Of a DNA stretch of 64,000 nt, positions 27,803 through 41,750 are shown in pieces. The position numbers and the translations under genes are program-made. How positions within the stretch are numbered: position 1 is the stretch's first letter; every line of letters begins with the position of its first letter. Below the pieces are notes generated by a model. It worked only from the letters and a program-made list of their open reading frames with translations, ran no database searches and was not told the DNA's origin. Source of the stretch: Octopus sinensis (taxonomy: Eukaryota); the NCBI RefSeq assembly GCF_006345805.1, contig NW_021833448.1, positions 1-64,000 on the forward strand, in the 5' to 3' direction.

Positions 27803-28165
27803 TAAAATCGCATGGTCTAGTGGTCAGAATACTGAACTGACAATTGCTAGTTCATGGGTTCGATTCCTGGACCAAGTAGCGTGTTGTGTTCTTGAGCAAA
27901 ACACTTTATTTCACTTTGCTTCAATCCACCATTCAGCTGTAATAGAATAATAGCCTTCCAATCTGCAATAGAACAATAGCCTTCCAATCAGGGTAATAAC
28001 GCTGTAATCGAATAATAGCCTTCCGATCAGGGTAATTTTTCCTGCTCGCCTGAGCCAGTGAGGTGGCGTCATTCGTAATCCAAAATACGGCGAAACGCAT
28101 CGTGAACAGCGATATATAACAACACCTGATAGTTTAGTCGATACCGTGATAAAGGGATAAGTCAA
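27803..28165 (+). mobile_element. SINE family C variant with an internal ~26-35-bp triplication
   Basis: tRNA-like head gcatggtctagtggtcag..gggttcgattcctggacc; ctgtaatagaataatagccttccaat occurs three times at ~27936-28035. Confidence 0.7.
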
Positions 28166-28584
28166 GGACTGAGTCCAATAAAATTAATCGTTCCTTCCAG
28201 TTTTGCCTCCGCAATGAACTGTTACTATGTTTGAATCCATGGAGGATGGAAAAGATTGTTTAGCGTCTTTAGCTACTTCACTTCTGGTTTCAAAATGACG
28301 CCAAAATCAATATCTTTCTTTTATCCTTCTGAGAATGATAGGATGATGTTTCACTCAAACACTGGGGTTTCATGTATCGATTACGTCCTATCATTCACAT
28401 TTGAAGCACTGTGTTTGTGTTAGACACGAGTATCAAGAAAGAAAAGGGCGTTGGGTTAAAAATTAGTTTGCAAAAGAAAAGCCCGTCACGTTTGTGTTCG
28501 AACATCAAATCCAACTCAAGTAAACAGTGCTTTCCAAACTTTAGACGCTGAAAAAGAAAATGCTAAGCTAATTGGTAATATAAA

Positions 28585-28800
28585 TATTGGTTTCAGATTT
28601 TGGCACAAGGACAGAAAGATCTGGGAAGGGGTTAAGTCGATTACATGAACTGCAGTGCTCAACGGGTATTTATTTTATTGACCCTGAAAGGATAAAACAC
28701 AAAGCTGACCTCTGCAGAATTTGGAATCAGAACGTGGAGACGGACTAAATATCACTAAACATTTTGCCTGGCGTGCTAACCATTCTACTAGTTCACCGCC
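28585..28800 (-). mobile_element. SINE family B
   Basis: Reverse complement of ggcggtgaactagtagaatggttagcacgccaggcaaaatg..ttctgattccaaattctgcagaggtc..ttgtgccaaaatctgaaacc. Confidence 0.75.
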
Positions 28801-29069
28801 TTATTATAAATATAAATATTAAATGCTTCCTTGTAATAATTAACAATGAAAATGAAATCTTTGAACTTCTCTTCATTAATATCTAAAATGTTAGAGCCTT
28901 TGTAACTTGATCGAATGTGGATTGCTTGCATCACGGCTGCTTATTGCGATGAACTACATCTACGAAAAGTATCATGGATTTCCGAGCCTCCAGAAACAGA
29001 TATTGGACTCATAACACATTTCTTCGACACCTTTAATTTGGTCTGTCGTTTGGACCTATTGATATAAAT

Positions 29070-29320
29070 ATCTCAATATTTGTACTTGACTATTCATTGG
29101 GTGACAGGACAATGTGACAAATCAAGAAGTGCTGGACAGAGTTTGTTCAATAAGCATTGAGTAAATGTCGCTGAAGGCTCAGTTACGGTAGACTGTCAAT
29201 GTTATAAGAATGATCGAGCACCGTGTACCCAGAAAACTGTTGTACGGCGAGCTCACGCAGGTCTCACACAAACGAGGAAGGCCTAAAATGACGCACAAAG
29301 ACTCTGAAAATAACCTCAAA
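29070..29320 (+). mobile_element. RTE (BovB-like) LINE fragment, post-RT C-terminal region
   Basis: QDNVTNQEVLDRVCSISIE*MSLKAQLR*TVNVIRMIEHRVPRKLLYGELTQVSHKRGRPKMTHKDS. Confidence 0.85.
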
Positions 29321-30128
29321 TATAAGTATATATACATGTCTATATAAATGTATCTGATATTGTATACGGCTAACTCAAGAAGTTAACACTCAAATTAAGT
29401 GTATAGAATGTAAGTTTGCTGAAAGTACTCGAAGTGAGACTCGTCCCACATATTTGACAAATTTCAATTTCAGTTACAGTGAGGGACTGTGTATTGAATT
29501 CATTTGATGTGTCGTTATATAAGCATGTAGAGTACTTATTCGTTATTGAATCATATCAAAGCGATATAACAGAAACCTTCGAGTCCCTGTCAACATTTAT
29601 TTTAAAAGTTCGTATGTCCCACCCGCTAGACGATCGGTGTTACTTTACTTATGCCATCCGTAAACCAAACGGTTCGGTAAAAACGACCGATAGAATATAT
29701 ACAGAGCATAAATATATAATTTGGGGCGAACGATTTGTTCAACTAAGCACTTCAAGTAAGTGCTCCATCATGGTCGTGATCCAATATCTGAAACAAGTGA
29801 AAGCCAAAAATAAAAAATAATAATAAATAAATAAAATAAATAAATAAACCATATATACGCATGCGTAAATATATTCGTATATAGAAACAAGGACAGAATT
29901 AGACATTCATACATACACTCACGAACGATTCCTATTTACAGACAGAGGTCAACACGTTACACCACACACATGTATACATATATATATATATATACATTAT
30001 ATATATATATACGTTATATATATATATATATACATTATATATATATATATACATTATATATATATATATATATACATTATATATATATACAAATATTATA
30101 TATACATATGTATATATATGTGTGTGTA

Positions 30129-30160
<32 letters not shown>

Positions 30161-30673
30161 TGTGTGTGTGGTGTGTGTGTGTAAACATATTTCTGTTCTA
30201 GTATGTATTTGATTGTCCATTTGTTTCGTCAGTATCGTCTAACAAACATTGCAAAGAAAAGGTGTGAAGTTCAACAAACATCATTTTTCTCTTTCTCCTT
30301 TATGCATCTGACAGTTTGTAAATCTGTAACAAGTCGATAAATCATGCCGTTTAGAAACCATTAACATCCGGGTTATTAGTATACTTAGCCGCAAGCCATA
30401 AACTTTCTTTCATTTGTGTTGAAAGAGTCTTTATTTTTTAAATCTTCTTTAAACTATTCTTTTTTTTTTAGAGTGTGAAGCGAAATATTCTCCAAAAGCA
30501 AAATCGAATTGTGCCACAACTGAAAGAAAATAAATAATTTATTGAATAAATAAGTAAGATCATTGCTGCTTTGGTGGCCCAGTAGGCATGGGTGTTGAGA
30601 AATAGTAATACAACACATAGGTGGTGATTTCAAATTTCTTCCAGAAATTACAAATGATCTAGTTAAAATTTTT

Positions 30674-30743
30674 AAATGGCGGTGCCCCAGCATGGCCACT
30701 GCTCATGAGCTGAAACTGGAAAAATCAAAAAATCAAAAATCAA
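30674..30743 (+). mobile_element. CR1 3' terminus only
   Basis: aaatggcggtgccccagcatggccactgctcatgagctgaaactgga plus (aaaatc)n; the same tail as 12900-12945. Confidence 0.7.
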
Positions 30744-30904
30744 AGTTTAAAACCTTTGAGGTACATTTCGTGTAATCACTTGTATACTGAGATTCCTGTT
30801 GTATTTCGACAACGAATGCAGGACTCGATTTTTCATCATGCACTGAGTTTCATTATTTTATCATAGTCTGAAATTACGCATATTCCTTTTTTTTTTTCTT
30901 TTAA

Positions 30905-31062
30905 GGAGCACCGCCTTTAGTCGAGCAAATCGACCCCGGGACTTATTCTTTGTAAGCCCAGTACTTATTCTTATCGGTCTCTTTTTGCCGAACCGCTAAG
31001 TGACGTAAACACACCAGCATCGGTTGTCAAGCAATGCTAGGGGGACAAACACAGACACACAA

Positions 31063-31107
<45 letters not shown>

Positions 31108-31281
31108 CATATATACGACAGGCTTCTTTCAGTTTCCGTCTACCAAATCCACTCACAAGGTATTGGTCGGCCCGAGGCTATAGTAGAAGACACTTGCCCA
31201 AGATGCCACGCAGTGGGAAAGAACCCGGAATCATGTGGTTGGTTAGCAAGCTACTTACCACACAGCCACTCCTACGCCTAT
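30905..31281 (-). mobile_element. Near full-length SINE family A
   Basis: Head ataggcgtaggagtggctgtgtggtaagtagcttgc.., central (TA/TG)n, tail aaaggcggtgctcc. Confidence 0.9.
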
Positions 31282-31307
31282 TACACAGAAATACTAAATT
31301 AAAGTAA

Positions 31308-31610
31308 AGGCGCGTAGCTTAGTGGTTAGGGCATTCCGCTCACGATCGTAAAGTAGTGAGTTCAATTCTCGGCGATGCGTTGTGTCCTTGAGCAAGGCAC
31401 TTTATTTCCGGTTGCACCAGTCCACTCAGCTGGCAAAAATAAGTAGTACCTGTATTTCAAACGGCCAACTTAATCACACTCCCTGAGAACTTCGTTAAGG
31501 GTACACGTGTCTGTGGAGTGCTCAGCTACCTGCGCGTTAATTTCAACAGCATGCTGTGCCGTTCATCATATCAGTTTTGACAATCGTCGTCGTAAGCGAC
31601 GGAATGCTCC
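31308..31610 (+). mobile_element. SINE family C
   Basis: ggcgcgtagcttagtggttaggg..gagttcaattc..gtggagtgctcagc..cgtcgtcgtaagcgacgga. Confidence 0.85.
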
Positions 31611-31719
31611 TACTACTATAAATACTAATTTACAAATAGGTACTTCCGAATGAGTCTATATTCAATTGCTATTTTTTGATACTCTGTATACAATTTTATA
31701 TAATATATACTGTATTACT

Positions 31720-32016
31720 GTGGAGGCACAGGGCCTAGTGGTTAGAGCAGCGGACTCGCGGTCGAAGGGTCGCGGATTCGAATCTCAGACCGGGCGATGT
31801 GCGTGTTTATGAGCGAAAGACCTAAGCTCCACGCGGCTCCGGCAGAAGGTAATGGCGAAACGTCTGCTGACTCTTTCGCCACAACTTTCTCTCACTCTTT
31901 CCTCCTGCATCTAGCAGCTCCCCTGCGACGGACAGGCGTCCCGTCCAGGTGAGGAACCTATATGCCAAGGAAACCGGGAAACCGGGAAGTAGGTGTGGCT
32001 CGAGAAGGAACAAACA
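31720..32016 (+). mobile_element. SINE family C (tRNA-Arg-like head)
   Basis: ggcctagtggttagagcagcggactcgcggtcgaagggtcgcggattcgaatctcagacc followed by a non-tRNA body. Confidence 0.85.
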
Positions 32017-32084
32017 ATACTGTGTTACTATAGTTTCAATTACTATTTTGTATCGGTGGTTAAAACTCTGCTCTGCGACCTCGT

Positions 32085-32705
32085 GAGTTTTACTGGAATT
32101 TCGTCTGCCTTTACGTTTTGAGTCCAAATTCTGCCGAGGTCGACTTTACCTTTCATCCTGCCGGGGGTCGATTAAATAAATACCAGTTACACACTGGGGT
32201 CAATGTAATCGACTTTGTCTGTTTGTCTGTCCTTGTTTGTCTCCTCTACGTTTAACCCCATGTGGGCAATAAAGAAATAAGAAACGTTTGCACACCGAGC
32301 GAAATGCGTAACCGTATTTCGTCTGCCGTTACTTTCTGTTCTTGTTTGTCCCCTCTATGTTTAGCCCCTTGTGGGCAATACAGAAATAAGAGTAAGTGAT
32401 ACTTTTTGGTTGCTTGCTTGTAACACAAATTTCATTTCAATGTCACACTTAATGTCTAACATAGTTCTATCGAAATATCGATCGCGATAATAGGAGTTAC
32501 GGGCTGTCAGAATCGTTAGCGCGAAATGCCTAGCGGCATTTTGTCCATGTTAACGACCTGAGACCTAATTCCGCCATTGTCGACTTTGATTTCATCTTTC
32601 GATGCCGATAAAATATGTGCCAGCTGAGGAATGGAGTCAATGTAATCGAAACACACCCTCCCCCAAAATTTCTGGCCTTGAGCCAAAATATGAAACCAAT
32701 TATAG
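32085..32705 (+). mobile_element. Cluster of SINE family B copies (32085-32390 tandem pair; 32495-32705)
   Basis: tttcgtctgcc..gagtccaaattctgccgaggtcgacttt..catcc..ggggtcgat..gtttgtc..cccttgtgggcaata. Confidence 0.85.
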
Positions 32706-33077
32706 GAGTTAGGTTTGTCGAATCTCGTACAAAATCCACAGTTAGATTATCAAAGCCAAAATTATGAGTAGCAGATTTTCTGCAGTGCCATTTCAACTAA
32801 TTCAGCAACGATACGTAATAAATCCAGTTTAGTACTTTCTTTGATGCCCTACAGATTCTATCATGCAGTGCACTGTAATGTATACGGTAGTTAACAGAGT
32901 GTGTGTTGTTAAAGATGCAAATGTGTTGTGAATGAGGTCAGGATAACTTCGTAATTTGGGATTCCAACTGATATATGATTTTGTGCGTGTGTATATTTTT
33001 GTATGAACTTGAAGTATATAAACATACATATATCTAAATATGCATGTGTATGTGTGTGTGCGCACGTGTGTATTCAA

Positions 33078-33111
<34 letters not shown>

Positions 33112-33140
33112 TATATATATATTATATATATATATATTTA

Positions 33141-33192
<52 letters not shown>

Positions 33193-33903
33193 TTCATATA
33201 CATGTATATACACATATGTGCTTGGATATATTTGTGGGTGCGTGCGTCTGTGTGCATACATGCATGTCTTTATATCGATATATATATATATATATATATA
33301 TCACTATATATATTTGTATATATGAAACTTGAAACTTAAGTACACGTTCCTCTAATTTTATGCGCTTCTGTGCGTGTGTGTTTCTCTGTCCAACTTCGTG
33401 ACACGCGCATTTGCACATGCATAGCGGAGAAATATGGCGAGCGTTACAGTCAGGAGGAGAAAGAGAGGGGAAAAAGACGTGTGTTCAACGTTCTCATTCC
33501 CAGAAGTTATTGTTCTAACGTCTTACCTATCTCTCCATCTGTATTGTTCCATGTGACAAGATTCAGTCCCATTAGCACGCCCATGGTCAAAGACATCAAT
33601 CAAATTAAATGTCACTTTAAATATGAATGAAGTCTGCCCGAAATTGTTTTGTGCGTTGTTTTATATCATACCTAATGTGAAGACAAATGGGACGGCAGTA
33701 TTTTGATGCCTTTCTTAATGTAACATATTCACGTCCACTAAATGAAAATGGAAACAAAGAATGGGTTTGCCGAGTAATTTATATGTCTGACCGAGAAGTA
33801 AAAAAATCTTTTGGGCGAGAATCGAAACCGGATGCTGGATTTCAATTGCTGTGAGCTGACGTTACGAGCATTACAAATCCATTTTCATAACTGCTTCTCT
33901 ATC

Positions 33904-33949
<46 letters not shown>

Positions 33950-34511
33950 TTTCTTTCTTTCTTTATTTCTTTCTTTATTTATTTATTTACTTATTGTTTC
34001 TTTTCAGCACAAGTTCCTTTTTGTATACGTTCAGCGAATTTTTACCGTTTCCCCCGTTCATTTTTCTCTCTTTGAACGATTATATATTCCAATGTTTCGC
34101 TTTATTTCGAACGGAAGTATATTATTTAAAAGAGACTCCAAGTTGAGGCAGTGATGTAACCAAAGTCTTTTGGAAAAATGATGTGCTAGATTTCTTTATC
34201 TGCATTAATTTGTAAAGATACATTTGTTTTGCAAAGTGCGTGTAAAATACTGTACATATATTATACAATGAAATTAACTTTATATGATGAAGGCTACGGA
34301 ACAGCCGTAACCCTATGGGTTATGTATCTCCCATGAAATAATTTCATCAAATGGAGGTCCTCGATTTCAGTTGGGTGACACTCTGCATTATACTCCTTTG
34401 TATTCGGCTACAATGTAATCTGTTACACGAGTATTCTAGAGGAAAAAGTTTGTGATAGCCAAATGATTATATGAAATGCTATATTGCATTACAAATACAT
34501 ACATACTTTAT

Positions 34512-34559
<48 letters not shown>

Positions 34560-34643
34560 TATACACACACATACATACACACACACACTCACACACACAC
34601 ATATATATATATATGTGTGTGTGTGTGTGTATGACAGAAAGGC

Positions 34644-34870
34644 AGTGAGCTGGCAGAACAGTTAGGGCGAAGGGCGAAATGCGTAGCCGTATTTCGTCTG
34701 CCGTTACGTTCTGAGTTCAAATTCCGCCGATGTCGACTTTGCCATTCATCCTTTCGGGGTCGATAAATTAAGTACCAGTTACTCACTGGGGTCGATGTCG
34801 ACTTAATCCGTTTGTCTGTTCTTGTTTGTCCCCCTCTGTGTTTAGCCCCTTGTGGGTAGTAAAGAAATAG
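34644..34870 (+). mobile_element. SINE family B
   Basis: ggcagtgagctggcagaacagttag..ttctgagttcaaattccgccgatgtcgacttt..cttgtgggtagtaaagaaatag. Confidence 0.9.
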
Positions 34871-35276
34871 GTATGTGTGTGTGACAGAAGTTAAACGCAA
34901 AGAGCAAACAACAACAATATGGAAATAATGAGAAGGAAATTAGCGAGTCACGTGGTTGATGCCTGTAATAGTGTGCATGTGTTTCAAACGATAGAAGCCC
35001 CGAACAGAAATATACTGAAAGCGTTTCATTTAACGATTAATTGAACGAGATGGCGTACATTATTGCATGGGTCTCTATGACCAAGATTCTTTGAGTGTAG
35101 GCTTGTCTAGGTCAAAGTGTCTCAACAGACTCGGTTTCTACCGCTCACGTTTCCCTCTCACTACACCTATATATCTATCTATCGATGGATCGATCAGTCT
35201 GTCTATCGCTGTGCCTGTCTACTCATGTGATTGTCTGTCTGTCATTCTGTCATTCAATCTGCCTATACATACACCA

Positions 35277-37418
35277 AAAGTGTCTTTCCTTTGAGACATG
35301 ATGTGATTCGAAAGAGATTTGACTGCTATTTCTAGGTAATCGTGAGTACCCAAAGCTGAAATATCCAAAGGGTCATTCCTTTAAGATGTGGTGTGATTCA
35401 AAAGAGATTTGACTGCTATTACTATGTAATCGTGTGTACCCAAAGCTGCAATAGAGAAAGTGTCCTTCCTTTGAGACATGGTGTGATTCGAAAGAGATTT
35501 GACTGCTATTTCTAGGTATTCATGTGTACCAAAAGCTGCAATATCGAAAGTGTCCTTCCTTTGTGACACGATGTGATTCGAAAGAGATTTGACTGCTATT
35601 TCTAGTTAATCGTGTGTACCCAAAGTTTCAATATCGAAAATGTCCTTCCTTTGAGACATGGTGTGATTCGAAAGAGTTTGATTGCTCTTTCTAGGTAAAC
35701 GTGTGTAACCAAAGCTGCAATATGGAAAGTGTCCTTCATTTGAGATATGGTGTGATTCGAAAGAGATTTGACTGCTATTTCTAGGTAATCGTGTGTACCT
35801 AAACCTGCAATATCGAAAGTGTCCTTCCTCTAAGACCTGGTATGATTCGAAAGAGATCTGACTGCTAGTTTTAGGTAATCGTGTGTACCCAATGTTGCAA
35901 TATCGAAAGTGTCCTTCGTTTAAGACATGATGTGATTCGAAAGAGATTGGACTGCTATTTCTAGGTAATCGTGTGTACCTAAACCTGCAATATCGAAACT
36001 GTACTTTTTTAAGGACATGGTGTGATTCGAAATAGATTTGACTGCTATTTCTAGGTAATCGTGTGTAAGAAAACCTGCAATGTCGAAAGTGTCCTTCCTT
36101 TAAGACATTGTGTGATTCGAAAGAGATTTGACTGCTATTTCTAGGTAATCACGTGTACCCAAACATGCAATATCGAAATTGTCCTTCCTTTAAGACATGG
36201 TGTGATTCGAAATACATGTGACTGCTATTTCTATGTAATTGTGCGTACCCAAAGCAGCAATATGGAAAGTGTCCTTCCTTTGAGACATGGTCTGATTCGA
36301 ACGAGATTTGACTGCTATTTCTAAGTAAGCGTGTGTACTTAGAGCTGCAATATGAAAAGTTTCCTTCCTCTGAGACATGGTGTGATTCGAAAGAAATTTG
36401 ACTGCTATTTCTAGGTAATCGCGTGTACCCAAAGCCACAATATCGAAAGTGTCGTTCCTTTGAGACATGGTGTGATTCGAAATAGATTTGACTGCTATTT
36501 CTAGGTATTCATGTGTACCCAAATCTGAAATATCGAAATTGTCCTTGCTTTAAGACATGGTGTGATTCGAAATAGATGTGACTGCTATTTCTAGGTAATT
36601 GTGTGTACCCCCAGCTGCAATATCGAATGTGTCCTTCCTTTGAGACATGGTGTGATTCAAAAGAGATTTGACTGCTATTTCTAGGTAATCGCGTGTACCC
36701 AAAGCCACAATATCGAAAGTGTCATTCCTTTGAGACATGGTGTGATTCGAAAGTGATTTGACTGCTATTTCTAGGTAATTGTGTGTACCCAAAGCTTCAC
36801 TATCGAAAGTGTCCTTCCTTTGAGACATGGTGTGATTCGAAAGAGATTTGACTGGTATCTCTAGGTAATCGTGTGTACATAAACCTGCAATATCGAAAGT
36901 GTTGTTCCTTTGAGACATTGTGTGATTCGAAATAGATTTGACTGCTATTTCTAGGAATTCGTGTGTACACAAAGCTGCAATATCGAAAGTGTCCTTTCTT
37001 TGAGCCATGGTGTGATTTGAAATAGATTTGACTGCTATTTCTAGGTAATCGTGTATACCCAAATCTGCAATATCGAAAGTGTCCTTCCTTTTAGACATGG
37101 TGTGATTCGAAAGAGATTTGACTGCTATTTCTAGGTAATCATGTGTACCCAAAGCTGCAATATCGAAAGTGTCCTTCCTTTAAGACATGTTGTGATTCGA
37201 AATAGATTTGACTGCTATTTCTAGGTAATTGTGTGTACCCAAACCTGCAATATCGAAAGTATTGTTCCTTTAAGACATGGTGTGATCCGAAAGAGATTTG
37301 ACAGCTATTTCTAAGTAATCGTGTGTACTTAGAGCTGCAATATGGAAAGTGTCCTTCCTTTGAGACATGGTGTGATTCGAAATAGATTTGACTGCTACTT
37401 CTAGGTAATCGTGTGTAC
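35277..37418. repeat. Tandem satellite, 90-bp unit, ~23.8 copies
   Basis: Unit tgtccttcctttgagacatggtgtgattcgaaagagatttgactgctatttctaggtaatcgtgtgtacccaaagctgcaatatcgaaag. Unit starts at 35281, 35371 ... 37350; one 1-bp deletion near 35677. Confidence 0.97.
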
Positions 37419-37419
37419 T

Positions 37420-38259
<840 letters not shown>

Positions 38260-38271
38260 TATGTATGTATG

Positions 38272-38302
<31 letters not shown>

Positions 38303-38674
38303 ATATGCATATATGCATATATAAATATATATATATATGTGGGGGCGTGTGATAGAAGAGGATAGCGAACTAAGATGGAGAACCAAATATAAGACAATAA
38401 ATAATACAGGTGATGTATATGTAACAGCGAATAAAGTACGGGAAAAAAACAATTAAATCTGTTCTCGAGATTATATTTTATAATGAATTTATTGCATCCC
38501 GTATTAGAATAATTATTGAACTATAACAGTTTTTCCCTATGAAGATTTCCTTCCATCTATTGTTATTTCTTCTGTTTTTCATTTTATCACTGATGTCGCT
38601 AGAGTAGAATTGTCCCTGTTCGTGTGTTCGTGTTTATGCATGTATACGTTTAAATATATGAATATATATATACA

Positions 38675-38714
<40 letters not shown>

Positions 38715-39429
38715 TGTAGCTTATGTGTTTATATATATACATATGTATGAGTGTCCGTGTGTAGATATATATGTGTGTGTATGTGTGTAGCTTATGTGTT
38801 TATATATATATATATATATACATATGTATGAGTGTCTGTGTGTAGATATATATGTGTGTGTATGTAAGTTATGTGTTTATATATATATATACATATATAT
38901 ACATATGTATGAGTGTTTGTATGTAGATATATATGTGTGTGTATGTAAGTTATGTATTTATATATATATACATATGTATGTATGTCTGTGTGTATATATA
39001 TATATATATATATGTGTGTATGTGTGTATGTAGGTTATGTGTTTATATATATACATAATATATATATGTTTGTGTGTCTGTGTGTATATACATATATATA
39101 TGTGTGTGTATGTGTGTATGTGTGTGTATTGACGTCATGAATTTTGCAGCCTTGTATATATAATAGCTTGTAAATATTGAGTTTATAAATCTTCCGGTTG
39201 AAAAATGTCGATGACTGCATAGGCCATTCTTAAACTAATATTTACACACTATAATGTGTAACTGTATCTAGATCTTTTCCAGCCGTTTATGATGCACCTC
39301 AACGTTTTCCTACAGTTGGGCTACGACCTTTTTCTCTCTGGTCAACTCCCAGTAACGTAACTGCTCGGGTAGCGTACCGGATTCTCCCCTGAGGAAATCT
39401 GTTTCAAAATTTATTCTTTTCTCAATACT

Positions 39430-39640
39430 TATTTCTTTATTACCAACAAGGAGCTAAACACAGAGAGGACAAACAGGACAAACAAACGGATTAAGTCGAT
39501 TATATCGACCCCAGTGCGTAACTGGTACTTATTTAATCTACCTGAAAGGATGAAAGGCAAAGTCAACCTCGGCGGAATTTGAACTCAAAACGTAACGGCA
39601 GACGAAATACCTCTAAGAATTTCGCCCGTCGTGCTAACTT
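39430..39640 (-). mobile_element. SINE family B
   Basis: caaggagctaaacacagagagg..gtcgattatatcgacccc..aaaggatgaaaggcaaagtcaacctcggcggaatttgaactc. Confidence 0.9.
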
Positions 39641-39689
39641 CTTTTCTCAATACTACAGCTGCAAACTTTCTGAAGTGGAGCAAAAGCAG

Positions 39690-40100
39690 ACAAGAGGCGC
39701 CCTGTTTTGCGCTGGATACAAAGCTGTTGAAATAGTCCACGTTTCGCATTTGCATTGCAGGACTGTAAGAACACAGGTTTCATGCACAGCTGAGTTCATG
39801 TCTCTGATTTTCCGATCTGATCGTGCTCGCTTCTCAAAATCCCCAAAAGCAGCACTACCTTCCGTAATCCAGGGATTTATTAGAGCGTCAAGATTCCCAT
39901 CTCGACCATTACACGCAAAACTGATCACCATACAAGGTCTTTTTCCTTCCACGAAAATGTCACGCTCCACATACGCTTCCTCAAGTAGTGGAGAGTCCAT
40001 GACTTTCGTCATATTTTGATTTTTTTTAATAGTTAGAACGAAGGCTGAACATGCAAAGGAGGCTTCCAATAACATTTCCATGTTATTCGCGAGGTAAATT
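39690..40100 (-). mobile_element. RTE (BovB-like) LINE reverse transcriptase fragment
   Basis: ORF 39653-40117: FACSAFVLTI..TKVM..YVERDIFVEG..DGNLDALIN..GSAAFGDFEKRARSDRKIR..AVHETCVLTVLQCKCETWT, matching the RTE ..SAAFG..V..LLYGCETW motif. Confidence 0.85.
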
Positions 40101-40141
40101 CCTGAGAAGATTTCCAAATAGTATTGAAATGATGTTGAAAA

Positions 40142-40530
40142 TATTTATATATAAAAGTGAAGTTGTGTGTCTGTCTCCTACGATTTAGATTCATAACTAC
40201 TCCCACATTTTGCGGTGCAGTTTAACCAAAACCGGGTATCTTATAGTCGTGGTTCATATCGAGCCCTTCTGGGTATTAGCGCGCGTCTACGATTTAAAAA
40301 AAAAGTTACCATCTTTTTTTTTTCCATTTTAATGCATTTTTTTCGCTATTATATAAGGGAAGTAACTCTCTAAAAATGTCTACGATGAGTCAACGATTTA
40401 AAAAAAAATTACCATAATTTTTTTTCCATTTTTTATGCATTTTTTTGCTATTTTTTGGCTATAACTCTCTAAAAATGCTTATATAGTTATTTCCCTTAGA
40501 AACCCGAGCAACGCCGGGCGATACTGCTAG
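40142..40530 (+). mobile_element. Non-autonomous Helitron
   Basis: 3' hairpin cccgagcaacgccggg followed by ..ctgCTAG|T; 5' tatatataaaagtgaagttgtgtgtctgtct; internal ~95-bp tandem duplication. Confidence 0.8.
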
Positions 40531-40639
40531 TTATTAAATAAAACACTTTGCTAGATATTCTAAATTGCATGTGCACACAAAATTGGAAGTCTCTGAAGGC
40601 ATACATAAAAGTCACAGAAAAGTATATGTAGAACACGAA

Positions 40640-40706
40640 CAAGGTGGGTGCCACAGGGTGGGTGCCACAAGGTGGGTGCCACAAGGTGGGTGCCACAAGG
40701 TGGGTG
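40640..40706. repeat. 14-bp G-rich minisatellite (caaggtgggtgcca), ~4.8 copies
   Basis: Directly visible. Confidence 0.95.
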
Positions 40707-41007
40707 ATAGTAGGAGGGCAAACACAGACACAAAGACATACACGCGCACACACACATACACACACTCACACATATATTTCAAGTGGATCAGTCCAGGTTC
40801 TAATTGGAGTACTATAGTTCTTGGAGTACCTGAATGACCAGAAGATTTTTTTGCTGTGTTTTCTTTTGAACTGTTGTTTTCTTTATCTATTCTGACTTTT
40901 TTATTGAACTGTTTGGTTTTATTATTATTCCCTTTTGTTTTCCTTTGAATCCCCCCCTTTCCTTTTTTTCAATTTTGTTTTGAACTTTTTTATTTTTTAT
41001 TTAAAAC

Positions 41008-41750
41008 ATGGCAAAAAATACGGATAAGATTGTAGAGTGGGAGAATGACCCACTTAAGGAGTGACTCAGACAGCAAGAGAAGAGGACGGTTGTGTTTGAG
41101 AACGTATTCGAAGGTTCTCGACACCATTGCCGTCTTCTCCAAGCAGATAATTGAGCAGAAGTTGGTGGAACATCTGCCAATCAATAAGTATATCGCTAGG
41201 GCAGTCAAGAATGCAACGGTGTGATTGCTGTTCGACACTCCAGAGGGGTGAAAATAGCCGAGTGATTATTGATGGTCGCCCCCGCCCCCTAGGTGTCATC
41301 GGTGTCCTGAGCCTGGCCATATAAAGAAAACCTGTACTCAGGAACAAAGCAAAGTCATGGAGCAGTCAATTGAGGCCTCTGTAGAAGAGGGAACGAAGGC
41401 GGCTGAAGAGATGGAGGACTCCTCAGGGAAGGGCCGCTAGAGGAAGAAAGTGAGCAACAATGGGTGCTCACCGAAGGATCCTGTGGATGAAGGAGGGGAG
41501 GCGAATCTCCAGATCACGGAGGAGATGCACCCACCCTCAGCTGAGAGATAAATGAAGAAGAGAAAGAGAAGCGGAGTATTGCCGGGAGTCGGGTTTAGGC
41601 TGCAGGGACTCAACGAAGAATATCGTTTGTGGCCAGGCCACGCCGCCTCGGATCCAGCCTTGGTTTTGAATGAGGCGTGGGGAATGGTGGAGTATACGGG
41701 CACAAGCGATGTTGGGGAAGTATAATGACAAGAGGTTGAAAAGCCTCAGT
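41008..41750 (+). pseudogene. Disrupted ORF1 of an L1/Tx1-like element (copy 2) with a CCHC zinc knuckle; 5' UTR from ~40810
   Basis: MAKNTDKIVEWE..KRTVVFE../DTIAVFSKQIIEQKL..KYIARAVKNATV*LLFDTPE../RCHRCPEPGHIKKTC (41294-41335, CX2CX4HX4C)..SNNGCSPKDP..EANLQITEEMH. Confidence 0.8.

Noticed and set aside
29479-29820. 113-aa ORF
   Set aside because: Its 3' two-thirds is a decayed SINE family A tail.
31720-31800. tRNA-Arg gene (also 41995, 1440-1512 and others)
   Set aside because: The heads lack a proper acceptor stem and continue into SINE bodies.
35277-37418. CRISPR-like array
   Set aside because: There are no unique spacers, the whole unit repeats, the context is eukaryotic and no cas genes are present.
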